Source: Pocillopora damicornis (lineage: Eukaryota). From it: 64,000 nt of DNA. Each line of letters starts with the position of its first letter. The first letter of the stretch is position 1. Below are positions 37,591 through 50,875 of this stretch, in pieces. The stretch is taken from positions 186,001 through 250,000 of the forward strand of contig NW_020847258.1 of the NCBI RefSeq assembly GCF_003704095.1, given 5' to 3'. Below the pieces are notes generated by a model. That model searched no databases and was not told the origin of the DNA. It saw only the letters and a program-made list of their open reading frames with translations. The position numbers and the translations under genes were made by a program.

Positions 37591-40500
37591 ATGGCGGGAG
37601 ATTCAGTTCACGCGGTGTATCGAAGCCCCCTCACAAGTCGATATGCTAGTCCTGAAATGGCGTTTAATTTCTCTGAGGACAAGAAGTTCTCTACGTGGAG
37701 GAAGTTATGGCTTTTTCTAGCAAAATCTGAGAAGGTACACCCAATTTTAGTACTTTTAGTGCTTATCTAAGAATTATAGCACCCCCTAAATTAGAAACAG
37801 GTAATTAGGACACCTCTATTTCAAGGTACCCCTCTATTTCAGTGGATATAATCTTCGGTCCAGACTGAAAATACCCCCTTTACGTCTATTCTCTTAATTG
37901 TTTAAGGGACACTTTCTCTATTCCTGATAGTGTCTCTCACGTGGAGGTTCCTTGCTGGTGAATACACCACTAATCATGATTAGAACAGGCTGGCCAGGCT
38001 TGTTCACTCAATCAGATATTTCTATTGTTGGGAGGAACTGACTGGCCAGGATAGTCAATATCTAAAGTGGATCCTCAAGTGAAATGAAAGTTTTCAAAAA
38101 GCAGCTAAACCCTCCAAAAATAATGCATATCCATTTTAAAATTGACTTTCCTAGATGATTAGTTCTACCTAATGGCTTGAAATCTCCCTTCCACTCAAGT
38201 TTTTGCAAAATATTCTTCTGTTTTTATTCCAACCCTCCAGTAAAAGGAAGATATATTTTCCCTGCTGTCCCAGGCGTTAAAGTGTCTTTATTTTGTGGTA
38301 TCTCAGACTTTTTTCTTCTTAAGGGCAGCAACTTTGTTGCAGGTTCATCCTGTTGAGGCTTTTAATTGTAGCCTCTATAACTTGGAATCTCTCATAACTA
38401 GGGTCTTGATTTTTCCATAGACTCTAGGGCTGGAAATTACAGATGAGCAAATCCAGGAAATGGAAGCCAACTTAAAAAATATAGACTACAGCCTGGCTGC
38501 AGCTGAGGAGAAGAAACGTCGACATGATGTTATGGCACATGTCCACACATTTGGTGTGTGCTGTCCAAAGGCTGCTCCTATCATCCACCTGGGAGCAACA
38601 TCTTGTTATGTTGGTGATAACACTGTGAGTTAAAAATGAGAGTCATTTCCTTGAAAGGATAAATTTATTTATTGAACCTACCAGAGAGATATTTTGTGTA
38701 AATGCTGGTGTGGTGAAACAGTAGCAAATGTAATGTTGTAAGCACAACACAGGATGGCCTTTTTCTATGATAGCAGAGAGGGTGGAAACAGAGGGGATCC
38801 TGGTCTTGTTTTACTCTTGAATTTTAGAAAAATTCAAGCATCACATGCACTTTGAACAGTGTTTTATGCATCATGAATTTAAAAGGGAAATCTTCAAATC
38901 TCACCTTACCTTGCCTCTCTGTAAATTAGTACATCACATATTAGTTTTGGGCTTAATCAGATGTCATGTATAAACCCTTTCCCACCCTTAGTAGGGGATT
39001 GCTAGGCTGAAGTAACACAAAAGTGTGTTTTACATTATTATATTGTAAATACTTTTTTCAGTGCAAATGGTAGGATATTAACCCTTTCATTCTTAAAAGT
39101 GACTAGCATCTAATTTCTCATTACAATATCACCTCTGAGTCACACGCTAAGGTCATGAGAGTAATGGAAATGATCAACAATAGAAGCTCTGGATTGTTAA
39201 GCTAATTCTCCTCGTCAGCACCTTAGGAAATGTATAGAGAACAGTATGGAGAATATGCATGCTGATGTTAGGGTGTAAAGGGTTAAACACACTCTTCTTA
39301 GACCCTTTACAGATAAATGTCTGGAATGTCTTTTGATGGACTTATCGGGGGGGGATGGTATATGTATGTTCTGTATACTTTATCTTGTATGATTATCCTT
39401 GTCCCCTTAACCCTTAAACTCCTATGAGTGACCAAGACAGAATTTCTCCTTACAATATCAATGCAATATCAATCAGATAAGTGATGAGAGTAAGGAAAAA
39501 TATCAATTTGGGGATAATTAGTTGATCCAATACTAAATTCTCTGAACTAACATCAAAAGAATTGTATGGTTGACAGTAAGGAGAAGTATACATTTGATCT
39601 GAGAGTTAAAGGGTTAATTGAAGCATTCTATTGCTATAGTTTCAAATTGTATATATGCAGACAATGAATCTATTTTTCCATTTTTATAAAATAACTTGCA
39701 AGATAAATAGAGAGGGTTTAGGATGTAAGGGAATTAAAAATTGTGCATAGTTACTGATATTTTGAGAGGCCTTTCCCTTCTTTCCCATCCCTCTTCCCTT
39801 TCACCCCTTGCGCCCCTCCCCCCTCCCCCCCCCCACCCTCCCTCTTTGTTTATAATGTCACTTTAGTTTTGCACTTTTTTTCTATGTCAGACTGAAAAGA
39901 GGTACTGGCAAAATGTTAGGGAAACTAGCCAGATTCTTAGGTATGGAGTTACAGAAGTCTTTGCCATGAGCAGTATTAGCTTAAATGATGTGGGTCACTA
40001 CAAGTAGGCTCTTGATAAGATTTCCCTGGTATTTTAGGTTTTTTACCATAAACTCCTTGATGTAAGTATTCATGCTTAGGCACATTTTTTCCTCCATAGT
40101 CATAGTACTGAATGGATTCAAACAGTTCAGTAAAATACCTTTCTTGAATCTTTTTTTAGGACTTAATTGTTATAAGGGATGCTTTTAACATTTTACTCCC
40201 AAAGGTAAGATTCATGCATAAATTTCTCTACTCTTTGTTTGACGCACAGTGATGTAGGAATATACTCTCTGGACAGAGCAATGGGGTAATGCTCAAAAAA
40301 TCATCTTTTCAAAGTATGCCACAGCATTTTTCAGATCTTTATCACTTCTCATTGATAATGAATCAAGTTTCTCACTTACCTGTCAGCACTGTACAAGAGT
40401 GTCTTTAGAAAGTAACTGCATTCTATATATTACAAGGGACTTGCAATACTAGTATGAAGAGATGTGTCAGTGTCTATGCAGGTATTCAATAATAATGTTC

Positions 40501-43500
40501 ACACAAGATTGAGATTCAAGAAGACTGTTGTTGTTTGAAGTACAGTGTATGTTAAAATCTTGAAATTGCCACAGTTAACGTTCATCTACCAGTTCTCAGT
40601 AAATGAAGTACTTGGATATAGTCTCATATCAAGTTTGCATTTGCAAATCATATTCTGTTCATGTATTTGCTACTAATTATATATTTATTTATTTGTTCAT
40701 TTATCTAAAGCTTGCCAGATGCATAGAGAGGCTATCAGACTTTGCTGAGAAAAACAAGTCAATTCCTACACTTGGTTATACACATTTTCAGTAAGTTCAG
40801 TATTTAGCTGCTTTTGACAAAAAATGTTTGAGGAAAGGAAAAGCAACTACCTTTTATTCCTGACTAATATTTACATCCAGAAGCATTTGCCTTAATTACT
40901 TAACAATAGGGACTGCAATGTGCATCAAAATTTTTTGCAACTCAGATGCAGAGGTTATTCCAGGCAGGGGGCACTTAGTTGGCAGAAGCACTAATTTACA
41001 AGTTGTTTTAATTCTCAAAATTAACAAAAGGGAATTGACAAAAGGTTATGACTGAATGATGGTAAAAAAATGAAAGTTCTTTACTTCATCTTCTTTTGTT
41101 GGGAAATGGTGGGAAAAATTGGCCCAGGTTTTTGCAAAGAAAATTATGTATTTGTGCATGAGTGAGAACTTTTAACCCTTAACACCCTAACATCAGTATT
41201 CATATTCTCCTTACTGAGGTGCTGGCAAGGAGAATTTGTCTAACAATCAAGAGTTNNNNNNNNNNNNNNNNNNNNNNNNNNNNNNNNNNNNNNNNNNNNN
41301 NNNNNNNNNNNNNNNNNNNNNNNNNNNNNNNNNNNNNNNNNNNNNNNNNNNNNNNGTTTCATGGTTTCAAACTGTTTTTTGGTCTTCTTGATTTCTGGCT
41401 GAAAGATCTTCCCAGCAGATTATCTTGTTGAGGATTTCCAATGATTCTTTTTTTAATCTCACAGGTGGAACAACTTGACCAACTGGTCACAGAAATGGCT
41501 GGTTTCAAAAGTCACTACATTGTTACAGGGCAAACATACAGCCGTAAAGTAGACTTGGACTGTCTATCAGCTCTGAGCAGCCTAGGAGCATCAGTTCACA
41601 AGGTATTATCACAACTCTGTGTAATGCAATAGGAATATAGGGCAGAAATACATTAGAGACATTTTAAGCATAGGAGAAACGTCTTAAAATTTAAGAGGAA
41701 ATGGTGTTTATCTTTGCGTTCTCAAATTTAATCTTAATTTTATGAGAAACTCTTTTACTTACAAGTGTGCTCAACTATGGAATAAACTTCCGGAAGATGT
41801 CAAGATGGCCGATGATGTTAATGTTTTTAAGTCTAAGCTAAGATCAATTCAGCTGCAATGTTTTTATATATTTTTTTTATATTTTAATTTTTTTTTTGAG
41901 TGTACGTAGATTATAGATTATGTATTTAAATTTCTTTTTTTTTCTTTTTATACTAGATTTTTTATTGTAATTGTAGATTTAATGCACGTTCGTATTTCGA
42001 ACGAGCACTTGTGCTCCTAGACGATAACGTGGTTAAATAAATTATTGATTTGATTATTGATTCATTGGTTAATGCTGTACTGTTAAACCTTAGCATTTTA
42101 GCAAACCTTTAGTTATGTTTTAAAGTTGCACAGACAGTGACTACTGGAAGCCAATTCACAATGGAAGTGACTTAAGCAGCCGTTGACGTAACACTGAGTG
42201 TAGTGAATCCTTTAACCTGATACTTTCAAACTGAAACTGTTGTTCTGTTTTAGATATGTACAGACATCAGGCTTCTAGCAAATCAAAAAGAAATCGAGGA
42301 ACCATTTGAGAAAGATCAAATTGGTAGGTATACACTTTAAGTGTTCCTAGACATTAAATGAAAACTAGCTCTGATTTTTGGCTAGCTAGAAAATCTAAAA
42401 AGACCTGAAATCCCTTATTCCTAATAGATGTCTCAATAACTGAGAGAATTTTTTCATGGCAGATTTATTTTAGGTCGCTGTAACACTCTAAATAGATAGA
42501 CTTAGCTAGTTAGCGTTCTGGTGCATCACTTTGCCGGCCAGATTTTCATTTGATGGTTGTTGTGTGTTCAAGGTTCCAGTGCTATGCCTTACAAACGGAA
42601 TCCAATGCGGAGTGAAAGATGCTGCAGTCTTGCGCGTCATTTAATGGTGCTTGTAGGAGATGCACAGCAGACAGCAGCTACGCAATGGCTGGAGAGGACA
42701 CTGGACGATAGCGCTAACAGGTCACTACACTGATATGATGATTGCTTCATGAGCGCGCATTTCAATCGATTATTACAAAGATAAAGCTAAAGTGATCACA
42801 AAGTCTAAGCTGGAAAAAGAAAAATATTTAACTTGTTGAACGAGAGTCAATTTTTACGTTTTTTAGGCGGGTGGAGGCGAATTTAAAGAGCTGGATACGC
42901 GAAGGGAGGAGCGCTAAAAGGTTCCTTTTTTCGTTCTTCCTCTCGCGTGTGTCTCGCCTCTCGCGCGTTTCTATCTGCTCGAGCGCGCGTCTCTCCTTGT
43001 ATGCGCGTTACGCCCCTCGCGCTAGGCAAGCGCGTCCGAAAAACGCAAAAAAAAATGGTCTCTAAAATTTTGACTATAATTTTTTAATCTCGCAGGAGAA
43101 TAAGTTTGGCTGAAGCATTCCTTACAGCTGATATTTTGCTTAGTACATTGCAAAATGTTTCAGAGGGTTTGGTGGTTTATCCCAAGGTGAGAACGAATAT
43201 TCTAAGCAAAGCTGTCGCATTGTAAATGATTTTTTTGTTACATTAGCCTGAAATTAAAAAATACTTAGGTTGATATTAACAAGATGTACAGTTTGACTTT
43301 TTTTAACCCTTAAACTCCCAGTGGAGATAAAACTTTAACTTCTCATAACAATGTCGATACATTATCCAGAAAACAAGTGCTGAGAATTGACAGACTCGTC
43401 AGCTGAAGAGCTTTAAGCTTGAGAGCAGACCTTCATTGTGACTGCTCCCAGACGCGCGTTTTTCCGCCCGCGGGAAGAATTGAAACGAGGCGAGGAGAGG

Positions 43501-45578
43501 TTTGTCAGGAGTCTGGTACCTTGCCTCATTATCAGTGCTCTGGCAGACCTCTCGCCGACTCGCGTTGCTGAAGGCTGTGCCTTATACTTTCCTCGGGCGA
43601 AGAAACACTCGTGCCGAAGCGATAATAGTGAGGTAGGCTAGATAGTTTTATTTGATACAACACCAAATAATGAACTTATTTACTTAGTAATGTGGGAAGC
43701 CAGAAAAGAGAAAACTGATTAAACCCAAGGGGTTAGAGGAGTTGGAATTGTTTTAACATTTCGTCCTTGTTTTTGTTGTTGTTGTTGTTGTTGTAGGTTA
43801 TTGATCGCCATATTCGACAGGAGTTACCTTTCATGGCGTCTGAAAATATCATAATGGCAATGGTGAAAGCAGGGGGAAATAGACAGGTTCGTGCCTATTA
43901 CCAAGGTAAGGTGGCGGAAGATGCGCGCCCTGGGTTGCATTGGACCCCACTTCCTTCCCCCTCTCTGTTGAGGCATAAAAAAGCACCTGGTTATCACTTC
44001 CAGAGTCGGTACAATGTTAGGATAAGACCTCTTGAAGTGTTACTCACCCCTCCCTCCCCCCACCTTCTATTTGACTGCTGATACATAAAAAACTTTTGAT
44101 TCTCTTGCAACCTTAAGCTTTCAGTGAGCTGCTACAGTGATTATACTTTAAACGCAATTTGTTCTCCTGCTTCAAAAAACTCATGGAAACTTGGTCGATA
44201 ATGACATTTTTTATTATAACATCACCAGACGACATTCGTTTTTAGAAGGACTAGAAGCTTTGACGGAAAGTTCTACCGTGACAAGTTACTGTTGTAAATA
44301 AAAATATATTCTCTTACCAAAACAGATTTTACGACGAAGTCATGCATAACTTTTTTCCTTTCTAACTTTTTTAAGAAGCCTGCTTTCAATCGATTCTCTT
44401 TACTTTTCCATCTGACAGGAGTGTCACGAGAAGATCCGCGTTCTGTCCCAGGAGTCTGGGGCGGTTGTCAAGGAGCAAGGTGGCGACAATGATTTGGTTG
44501 ACAGGATCAGGAAATGTGAATACTTTGCTCCAATTCACAATCAGCTGGACGTCATCTTGGATGCTAGTACGTTTGTGGGGCGTGCACCCCAGCAGGTTAG
44601 AAAAGCCTTGTTTTTGAAGGAGCGGAATTTAGAAGTAAAAAGCTATGAGGGGAAAAAGGGGAGAAAAGTAATCCAACCTGCTGAAAGTCATTCGATACAC
44701 GTTTTTTTTGCATTCTATTTTTTCCTGCTCTTGATATGCCTTGCGATGGTATGTGAAATGAGAAGTTCAAATGCCTATCAAGTCCCAGCTCTTGCACAGA
44801 ATTTAAGTTAAGAAAATGTATGCCTTTGTGATTAAAAAATCAAGCTATTACAAATTGATTGTCATAGAATAGTTGCCAATAAAGGTGGGGTAAACAATAG
44901 GGTAGACTTATAAGAGTTACAGTTCTCCAAATGTTATGGTTCGACCACGATTGTTCTGAACGTAACGGAATATGCCTCGAATACAGCTGGGCAATATCCG
45001 TTGCCAAAACTGTCGGTCTGCCCTCGAAAATCTTGGAAAGCTTTCAGTTTGCTTCTCTGAACAGAAAACTTCCGCTACAATTATCCAAGCATATTGAGCT
45101 GATTCGATGCTGTTGCTTACAAATGCGCTGGGCTTAGGCGAAGGAAAATATGATTTAATAGGTCACTATTTGGAGTAGTCTTTCAAACGATCGATTGAGT
45201 TGTCGTTCATGTCTTAGGTTCCCCTTAGCCTCGTTTTAAAAGCGAGTCATGAAAGTCATTCCTTGATTTGACATTAAGATTATTTTCTGTGTGATATGAA
45301 GGTTTGCTAAGAGCGACACGGAAATGATCGTAAATTAACGGGGCATTTTGGGGACCAATCACAGAGCTCAGATGATTTTTGATTCTTTGGACTCCCAATC
45401 GACTGACAACCCATTGATCAACTTAATGGCTGAGCCTGATTACCCAGAATCAATTGCGCCGAACTTACACTTTATCCCATTTTCCCTGCAGGTGTCCAAA
45501 TTTATTAAGGAAGAAGTCGAACCGGTGTTGATTCCTTTCAAATCGGATTTAAGCAGCAAGTCTTCTATCGATGTTTAG
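37591..45578 (+). CDS. ADSL: Adenylosuccinate lyase; 11 visible coding exons, at least one more hidden in an assembly gap
   Basis: Exons 37591-37734, 38421-38624, 40160-40204, 40711-40790, [gap], 41465-41602, 42254-42323, 42573-42720, 43096-43186, 43797-43886, 44419-44595 and 45492-45578, all GT-AG. Motifs include [51 protein letters not shown], the fumarate-lyase signature [28 protein letters not shown] and ELPFMASEN. Confidence 0.97.
39078..39286. mobile_element. TTAA-flanked piggyBac-type MITE in ADSL intron 2
   Basis: TTAACCCTTT...AAAGGGTTAA termini, about 210 bp. Similar to 36773-36991 and, in reverse, to 59246-59445 and 41172-41255. Confidence 0.8.
39407..39617. mobile_element. TTAA-flanked piggyBac-type MITE in ADSL intron 2 (second subfamily)
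   Basis: TTAACCCTTAAACTC...GAGTTAAAGGGTTAA termini; near reverse complement of 61953-62163 and 62949-63160. Confidence 0.85.
41172..41255. mobile_element. Partial piggyBac-type MITE running into the assembly gap
   Basis: TTAACCCTTAACACCCTAACATCAGTATTCATATTCTCC is the reverse complement of the right end of the 39078-39286 copy. Confidence 0.65.
41256..41355. other. Assembly gap (100 N) inside ADSL; other gaps at 53296-53395, 53570-53835 and 58195-58301
   Basis: Runs of N. Confidence 0.99.
41688..42062 (+). mobile_element. 5'-truncated LINE (CR1/L2-like) 3' end within an ADSL intron
   Basis: Translates to [54 protein letters not shown], the SF.Y....LWN.LP........FK..L tail typical of CR1/L2 ORF2. 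It is followed by a T-rich UTR, AATAAA and a short (ATTG/TTGA)-type repeat tail. Confidence 0.7.
42850..43060. mobile_element. CpG-rich MITE-like insertion in an ADSL intron
   Basis: Imperfect inverted ends TTTTTACGTTTTTTAGG / CCGAAAAACGCAAAAA around an interior rich in CGCG and TCTCGC that contrasts with the AT-rich intron. Confidence 0.5.
43303..43740. mobile_element. Old piggyBac-type MITE apparently interrupted by a second GC-rich element (about 43417-43640)
   Basis: Left end TTAACCCTTAAACTCCCA; decayed right end GGGGTTAGAGG. The central 220 bp is GC/CpG-rich and unlike the other copies. Confidence 0.45.
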
Positions 45579-45680
45579 GATTTTCTCTTACATAGGTACT
45601 CTTTCATAGCTTAGAAGTTTGTTTTTTACTTAGTTTGTTTGTATTTAAATTGTATGACCGGTGACAGGCGAGTGACATTG

Positions 45681-45878
45681 CAGCGTGCAGTTTAGTAAGT
45701 AGCTAAGCAGCTCCAGGGCACTTAAGCGTGTAGTGCTCGCAGTCATGTGCACAGTAAGGTCTGCGGTTGTTGGCGTGCTGTCAAGCGTGGACTTGCTAAC
45801 GTTCAGCTATTTGCTCGCCGTCAAGCGTGCAGTAAGTTAACCTCGTATGCGTTAATCGTGCAGTTATTCGCGTGAAGT
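45681..45878 (+). repeat. Degenerate short-period repeat of an (AA)GCGTGCAGT-like unit downstream of the ADSL stop codon
   Basis: GCGTG at 45683, 45726, 45773, 45785, 45825 and 45870, plus TCGTG at 45856, all on one strand. TCAAGCGTG occurs twice. Confidence 0.55.
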
Positions 45879-46604
45879 AAAGGGTAGTTTAAGTAAACAT
45901 GGCTGGAAATTCATGGCTTGGAGGTTTGTTTCATTGTGGCGAGACAGAAGCCATTGTCATGCAACCTCCATGAACTAAATTTTGGCAAATAACGCTTCAC
46001 TGCATGACCATTTGGAAAAGGATTGTTGGAAAGTTCTCATCACTTGCAAGAACGATATGCAAGAAAGATGTGATAAAGCTTGTTGTTTCTTTTCATTTTA
46101 CACAGGGATAACAAATCGCTGGGAACGCTCAGACAAGTTGCTGCAGTTTTCAAGTCTGTCCGAAAATAGATAGCTCAACTCTTTATATAATATCAAATTG
46201 AAAAAGGTGCAGATTTTCTCTGTGAAGTTGCTCTTAAAGTATACGTACATGAACAGGAGGCGGTCAACCCAATGGGCCATGTTACAAGCTATGTACAAAT
46301 CAAAAAACTTCCCTGAAAAGGGAAATCTTTTCGGTGCGATAAGGTTTTGAAGCCACTGAGGAATTGAAGGAACTTCAATTCATTCATGAGATCTGTCACG
46401 TAAATTATAACTGTGTTAAAGCTTGAAATAATTTGAAATTTCACCATCGGTCATGAGGATATCTGCGGAGTCATTCTGAAATAAATATTTGTGATTTCGA
46501 AACAGTCACTACTTGATCCTTTTTTGCGAAGTTGCCCAGCGTGATCGCAAGTGTTGTGTGACTAACTGTGACTGTTGTGGTACAAAACCTTAAATCTGAT
46601 AACT

Positions 46605-49600
46605 CTAAATGAGCTGTGGTTCTTCTTGGGAAGATTCTTCCGGGATGGTCACGTTACCTTCTGTAGCTTCTCTGTCGCATTTAAAGAATTCCACAAATTC
46701 TTCCCAAGACAACTGGCCGTCATCATTTTTGTCAAACATACCGATGAGTTCCTCTGCCTCTTCTCTACTCAGCTTCTCGCCGCTGTTACATACAACGTAC
46801 AGTAATTCATCCGGGGATATGTAGCCGTTACCGTCACGGTCGAACTTCCTGCAACACGACAAATATGTATGATATCAGCAATTTTGTTCCCAGAGTCCTG
46901 TGTTGCGAAAGAAGACGTCGGCGAAGTGGTCGTCACTTCGAGAATAGGGAAATCGGAAAGATTGCTGAGTAAACAATTACTTAGGAAAGTTTTAATGCTA
47001 CCTCTTTAAGGATCGATGGAAACAAAATACCGTCATTTGAGACTAAGTTGCGTGTTTTTTACCTTTTAATAGGTGATTTGAAATCTATATCAAATGCAGG
47101 TCTCTGCGTCAAAGGTGCTCCTTGTGTACAGCTTTTACAACAAGTCTACCAAACGCGTCGCGATAGCTAGTCACAGCTACAACTCGTCTTGTGTGCTAAG
47201 AATCATTTTCGTGAAAGATTTTGTTTCTGCTACAATCGTTTCTCATGGGAGTTAATTCTACAAATTCAATGGAATTGGAATTGGAATTCTCGCGACTGAA
47301 CGCATCGACAAAATTCGATCTGTCTCTGCGAAGTAGCGCGATCGAGCCTAGCGTTTGTAGGCCTTAACCGTTCCATATCAATGTTCTACCACTTAAGAGT
47401 TGCGCGTTTCACTCTTTTTCCAAGACGACATATGCCGATTTTGCTCCATATCCGATCACGACTCGAAGTAATTAATTTCTGTTGTCACATCTTTCGGGGC
47501 TGTAGCGAAAATTTTTCGTTTTCTGTGTTTATCTGTAACAAAGTTTGATTACAAAAAGAAACAAACCTACATTCCGTCTTGCACACAGCTTACACTGAAA
47601 AATTGACAATAATGACTGTTACAAGAGTGGAAAAACATAAAAAGAAGCTAATATGTTTATTGTCAATTTCTCTCAAGAGCTTTAAAATGCAACGAACGTA
47701 CGTGCTGTCGTTGAAAAACAATAATTTTAGTTCAAGTGGATAAAAAATTGTTATCTAAAATTAAAAGTCACGTAGAAGTTTTAATAGATCGAAACCTGTG
47801 CAGTGCGTTTCATGGCTCTCAATTCGTTGTCTAGCAAACAGTGATGAGACTGATGAACAACGCCATTAGATGAAACTTATTACCTTGGTATATTAACAAA
47901 TTCTCCGCTCTGATTTTCGAAGAAATATAAGCAGCTGGAAAGGAGAATTTCTCAATGGACCACGAAAGTTCAAGGGTAAATGCAAATAAGGTATTTCCAA
48001 AGATGTACCTGTTTAGAATTTATCAGATAAGGTCAAATGAATCAGGAAGGGAGGCAGTTGTAGTTGAATTCGCTAAATCACGTTTGTAGGATGTCTCTTT
48101 GCGGGGGCGATTCTTTCTAAAATGGGAGGTTGTACGTTTACATGGAGACTTTGTATTATTGATATAAACATGTCCAATCTAAAAGGCTTTTTTTTCACGA
48201 AGTTGACCGGAGTTGTGGCTAACATTTTGCGCTCTACTGATTAACGAGGCTCAATATTGAAAATGTTGAATAGTGTATTTAGAAGCATCCTGTTTTGCAA
48301 AATAATACCATAGGGTTTTCTTTCTTGCCTTTTAGCCTTTTTCATTAACATGCAGAGCCTATGGACTGTGAATGCTCTCAATATTGAGAAGAGTATTTTA
48401 AAATAAGTCCGGTGTGGGTGAGTTATTTCCTTCCGTTTTCTCTTGTAACAGAGAATACCCTTAAATGAAAGTTGATTTACGATGCAATATGTTTTTTCTT
48501 AGACTTTGTTATATGATATCGAGTCGGGAAAAGATGTTGATACTTGATGTAGTAGAAATCAAATATCCTGCCGCGTGATCTGCGACCAATGAGAGCCTCC
48601 CTGTTTACGCTTCGCCGCTTATATTACAGATCTATAGCATTTTCGCCACTGCAAGTAAATGTCGCGAGAACAATAGGCATTCTGCCCAATGATAGATTGG
48701 ACTTCTGGTGTGGACTTCGGACCATCGGATCCAAGTTCAAATTTCCGCATTTAACACAAACAAAGACATTATAATCCATTATAATTACAGATCTTTCCTG
48801 TGTGAATCGAGGGTTGTATATTTTTGGAAATTTCGTTCACACTCTGGCCAATATACGGTCCGCTTAATTAACACGTGTAATATTCACAGCCAAGTGTGGC
48901 AAGGAAGCAAACGATACTTTACGAACTCCTGGGATCAAGATTATTCTTATTTTTCATTTTTTCGTAAAGGGGGTATATTAAACTTTACATATATTTATTT
49001 ACCTCTAGCTGACGTGGACATCTTAAGAAGCGAGCTAAAAAAAGATCAACGAAGCGTACCGTGGTGAGGCTATTTTTAACTTCCAAAATTTATGATAATA
49101 ACAAAAAACCCACGGCAAAACAACATTGACAAATATAGATCGAGCTTTTGTGGCGAACTTGCCGTAAGCAATAGGCTCTCTTATCTACATCGTGTAGCGG
49201 TTCTTGAATGGAAAAACAGAGAATTTAGATCTAGGGGAAGATCATGATTGTTATATATAGTCTATTGCTTCGAAAAAACCGTTATGTATATTCGCTCAGC
49301 TAAAAAAAAAAAATTAATTTTTCAAAACACCGCATGAAAATAACGAGGAATGTTCCAAATATATCTTTTACTTTTTCGTTTCTTATATATTTGTTGATGT
49401 TACGATGAAAACAGAGAACTTGTTATAAAATATGTGGCGTCGCTGTCGGTTCGTTGATTTAGTTTTTATGTCGAAAAAGGGCTTAGAACATGCAAAAAAA
49501 CAAGCATCTGGCGTCCGTTCGGCAGGTGTAGCGTAACGACGACTTGAAATCGTGTTTGTATGTTATTCGTTTTTCTCCATTTTTCTCTTAGCTTTCGGTT

Positions 49601-50875
49601 GAGAACAGACGAGGAAGAGAAAAAAAGATTTGAGGCAGAGTTGCACAAGCGATTAAATTTTTAAGCAGGTTTTTAAGCCCTCTGCGTCCATCTCCGTGCG
49701 TTTGAGCTATTTTTGTCGTCTGGTTGTCGAATTAACTATTCAGAACGAAACTAATGTAATCAGATGCAACTTGCACGTGAAACTTTACTATTTATAAATT
49801 TTGTAGCTAAATTCATGCGCTTCTTCGGTAGTCATAACCTCGTAAATGTCGCTTTCCAAGCGGACAGTCTATGAGGACAATTTTTTTTTCCTAGTTACAC
49901 AACCAAGGAAAATTGGAAAACGTATGAGAGCAAAATATTTATTTTATCCATGGTTGCACACCAACTCCTCTGTCATCTATACATTTTAATCTAAATTCTG
50001 GCTGTCTAAATTTGCTGGCGAAAAATAAATCTCTATTAGGGTGTTGATAGTTAAAATCGGTATCGCCCGCCGTTTTAAAGCTCAAATGAGCTAAATGTGA
50101 ATTTATAATCAGAGGCCTTACATTGGTCGAGAATTTTTTTATAGACCTTCCATTCGTCATACAAACTTTTAAGTTGTCAAATTTTAGTGCAAGCTAATTT
50201 TGGTCCAATCAGTCGATCGGCGCCAAACGTTAAATGCAAAATGCGAGTCTTCTTTGACATCCAGTGATGAGTGATCAGAAGCTGAGCTATTCGTTATAAT
50301 TTTTCCAGAACCTTGGTAAATTGGTAGGTTTTTATTTAGAATATTTAAAATCGAGGTGGTTTTATGTTCCTCACGGCTTGATTTTGAGTTGAAACGCAGC
50401 GAGCGAAAGTTTAAAACTGTAGTAAAATGTTGAGCTGACGCGAAAAAGAAATCTATTCCACTTGGCGCGCTATTAACACCGTTGTTTTGGGCATATTCTG
50501 TACACGACTAAATCTCCATGCAAATAACAGCAACAATTAAGGGAAAACATTTTGAAACTGTAAGAAAAAAAAAACAGAAGACAAAGTTTTGCTTACTAAC
50601 TTGAATGCTTCGCGGAGTGATTCCTCGGCGTCCTCCTTCCTGCATTCGTTAAACTTCCCTAACATGTCTACAAATTCATCAAAATTAATTTTATCTTTTT
50701 CGCCCTTGTTGGCAGCTTTGAGCACCTCGACCACTTGGTTGTTCGTCGGGTTGAAGCCGATGGCTCGAACTGCGTTTGGAAAATCTTCGTAACTTATTTC
50801 TCCGGTTTTGTCATGGTCGAAAACTTCGAACGCTGCTTTAAAAGACTGCACGTCGTCCGGAATAACAGTGGCCAT
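46605..50875 (-). CDS. Calmodulin-like EF-hand protein A, 172 aa, 2 exons, with acidic C-terminal extension
   Basis: Exon 1 50875-50601 (donor GTTAGT) and exon 2 46848-46605 (acceptor TTGCAG), with a phase-2 join ...LREAFK|KFDRDGNG.... EF loops: DHDKTGEISYED, NKGEKDKINFDE (degenerate), [24 protein letters not shown]. Confidence 0.92.

Noticed and set aside
39812-39845. C-rich tract (also poly-G at about 58179-58194) as G-quadruplex elements
   Set aside because: Simple low-complexity runs with no evidence of function; one abuts a gap.
45681-45878. CRISPR-like repeat-spacer array
   Set aside because: Repeats are too short and degenerate, spacing is irregular, the context is eukaryotic, and there are no cas genes.
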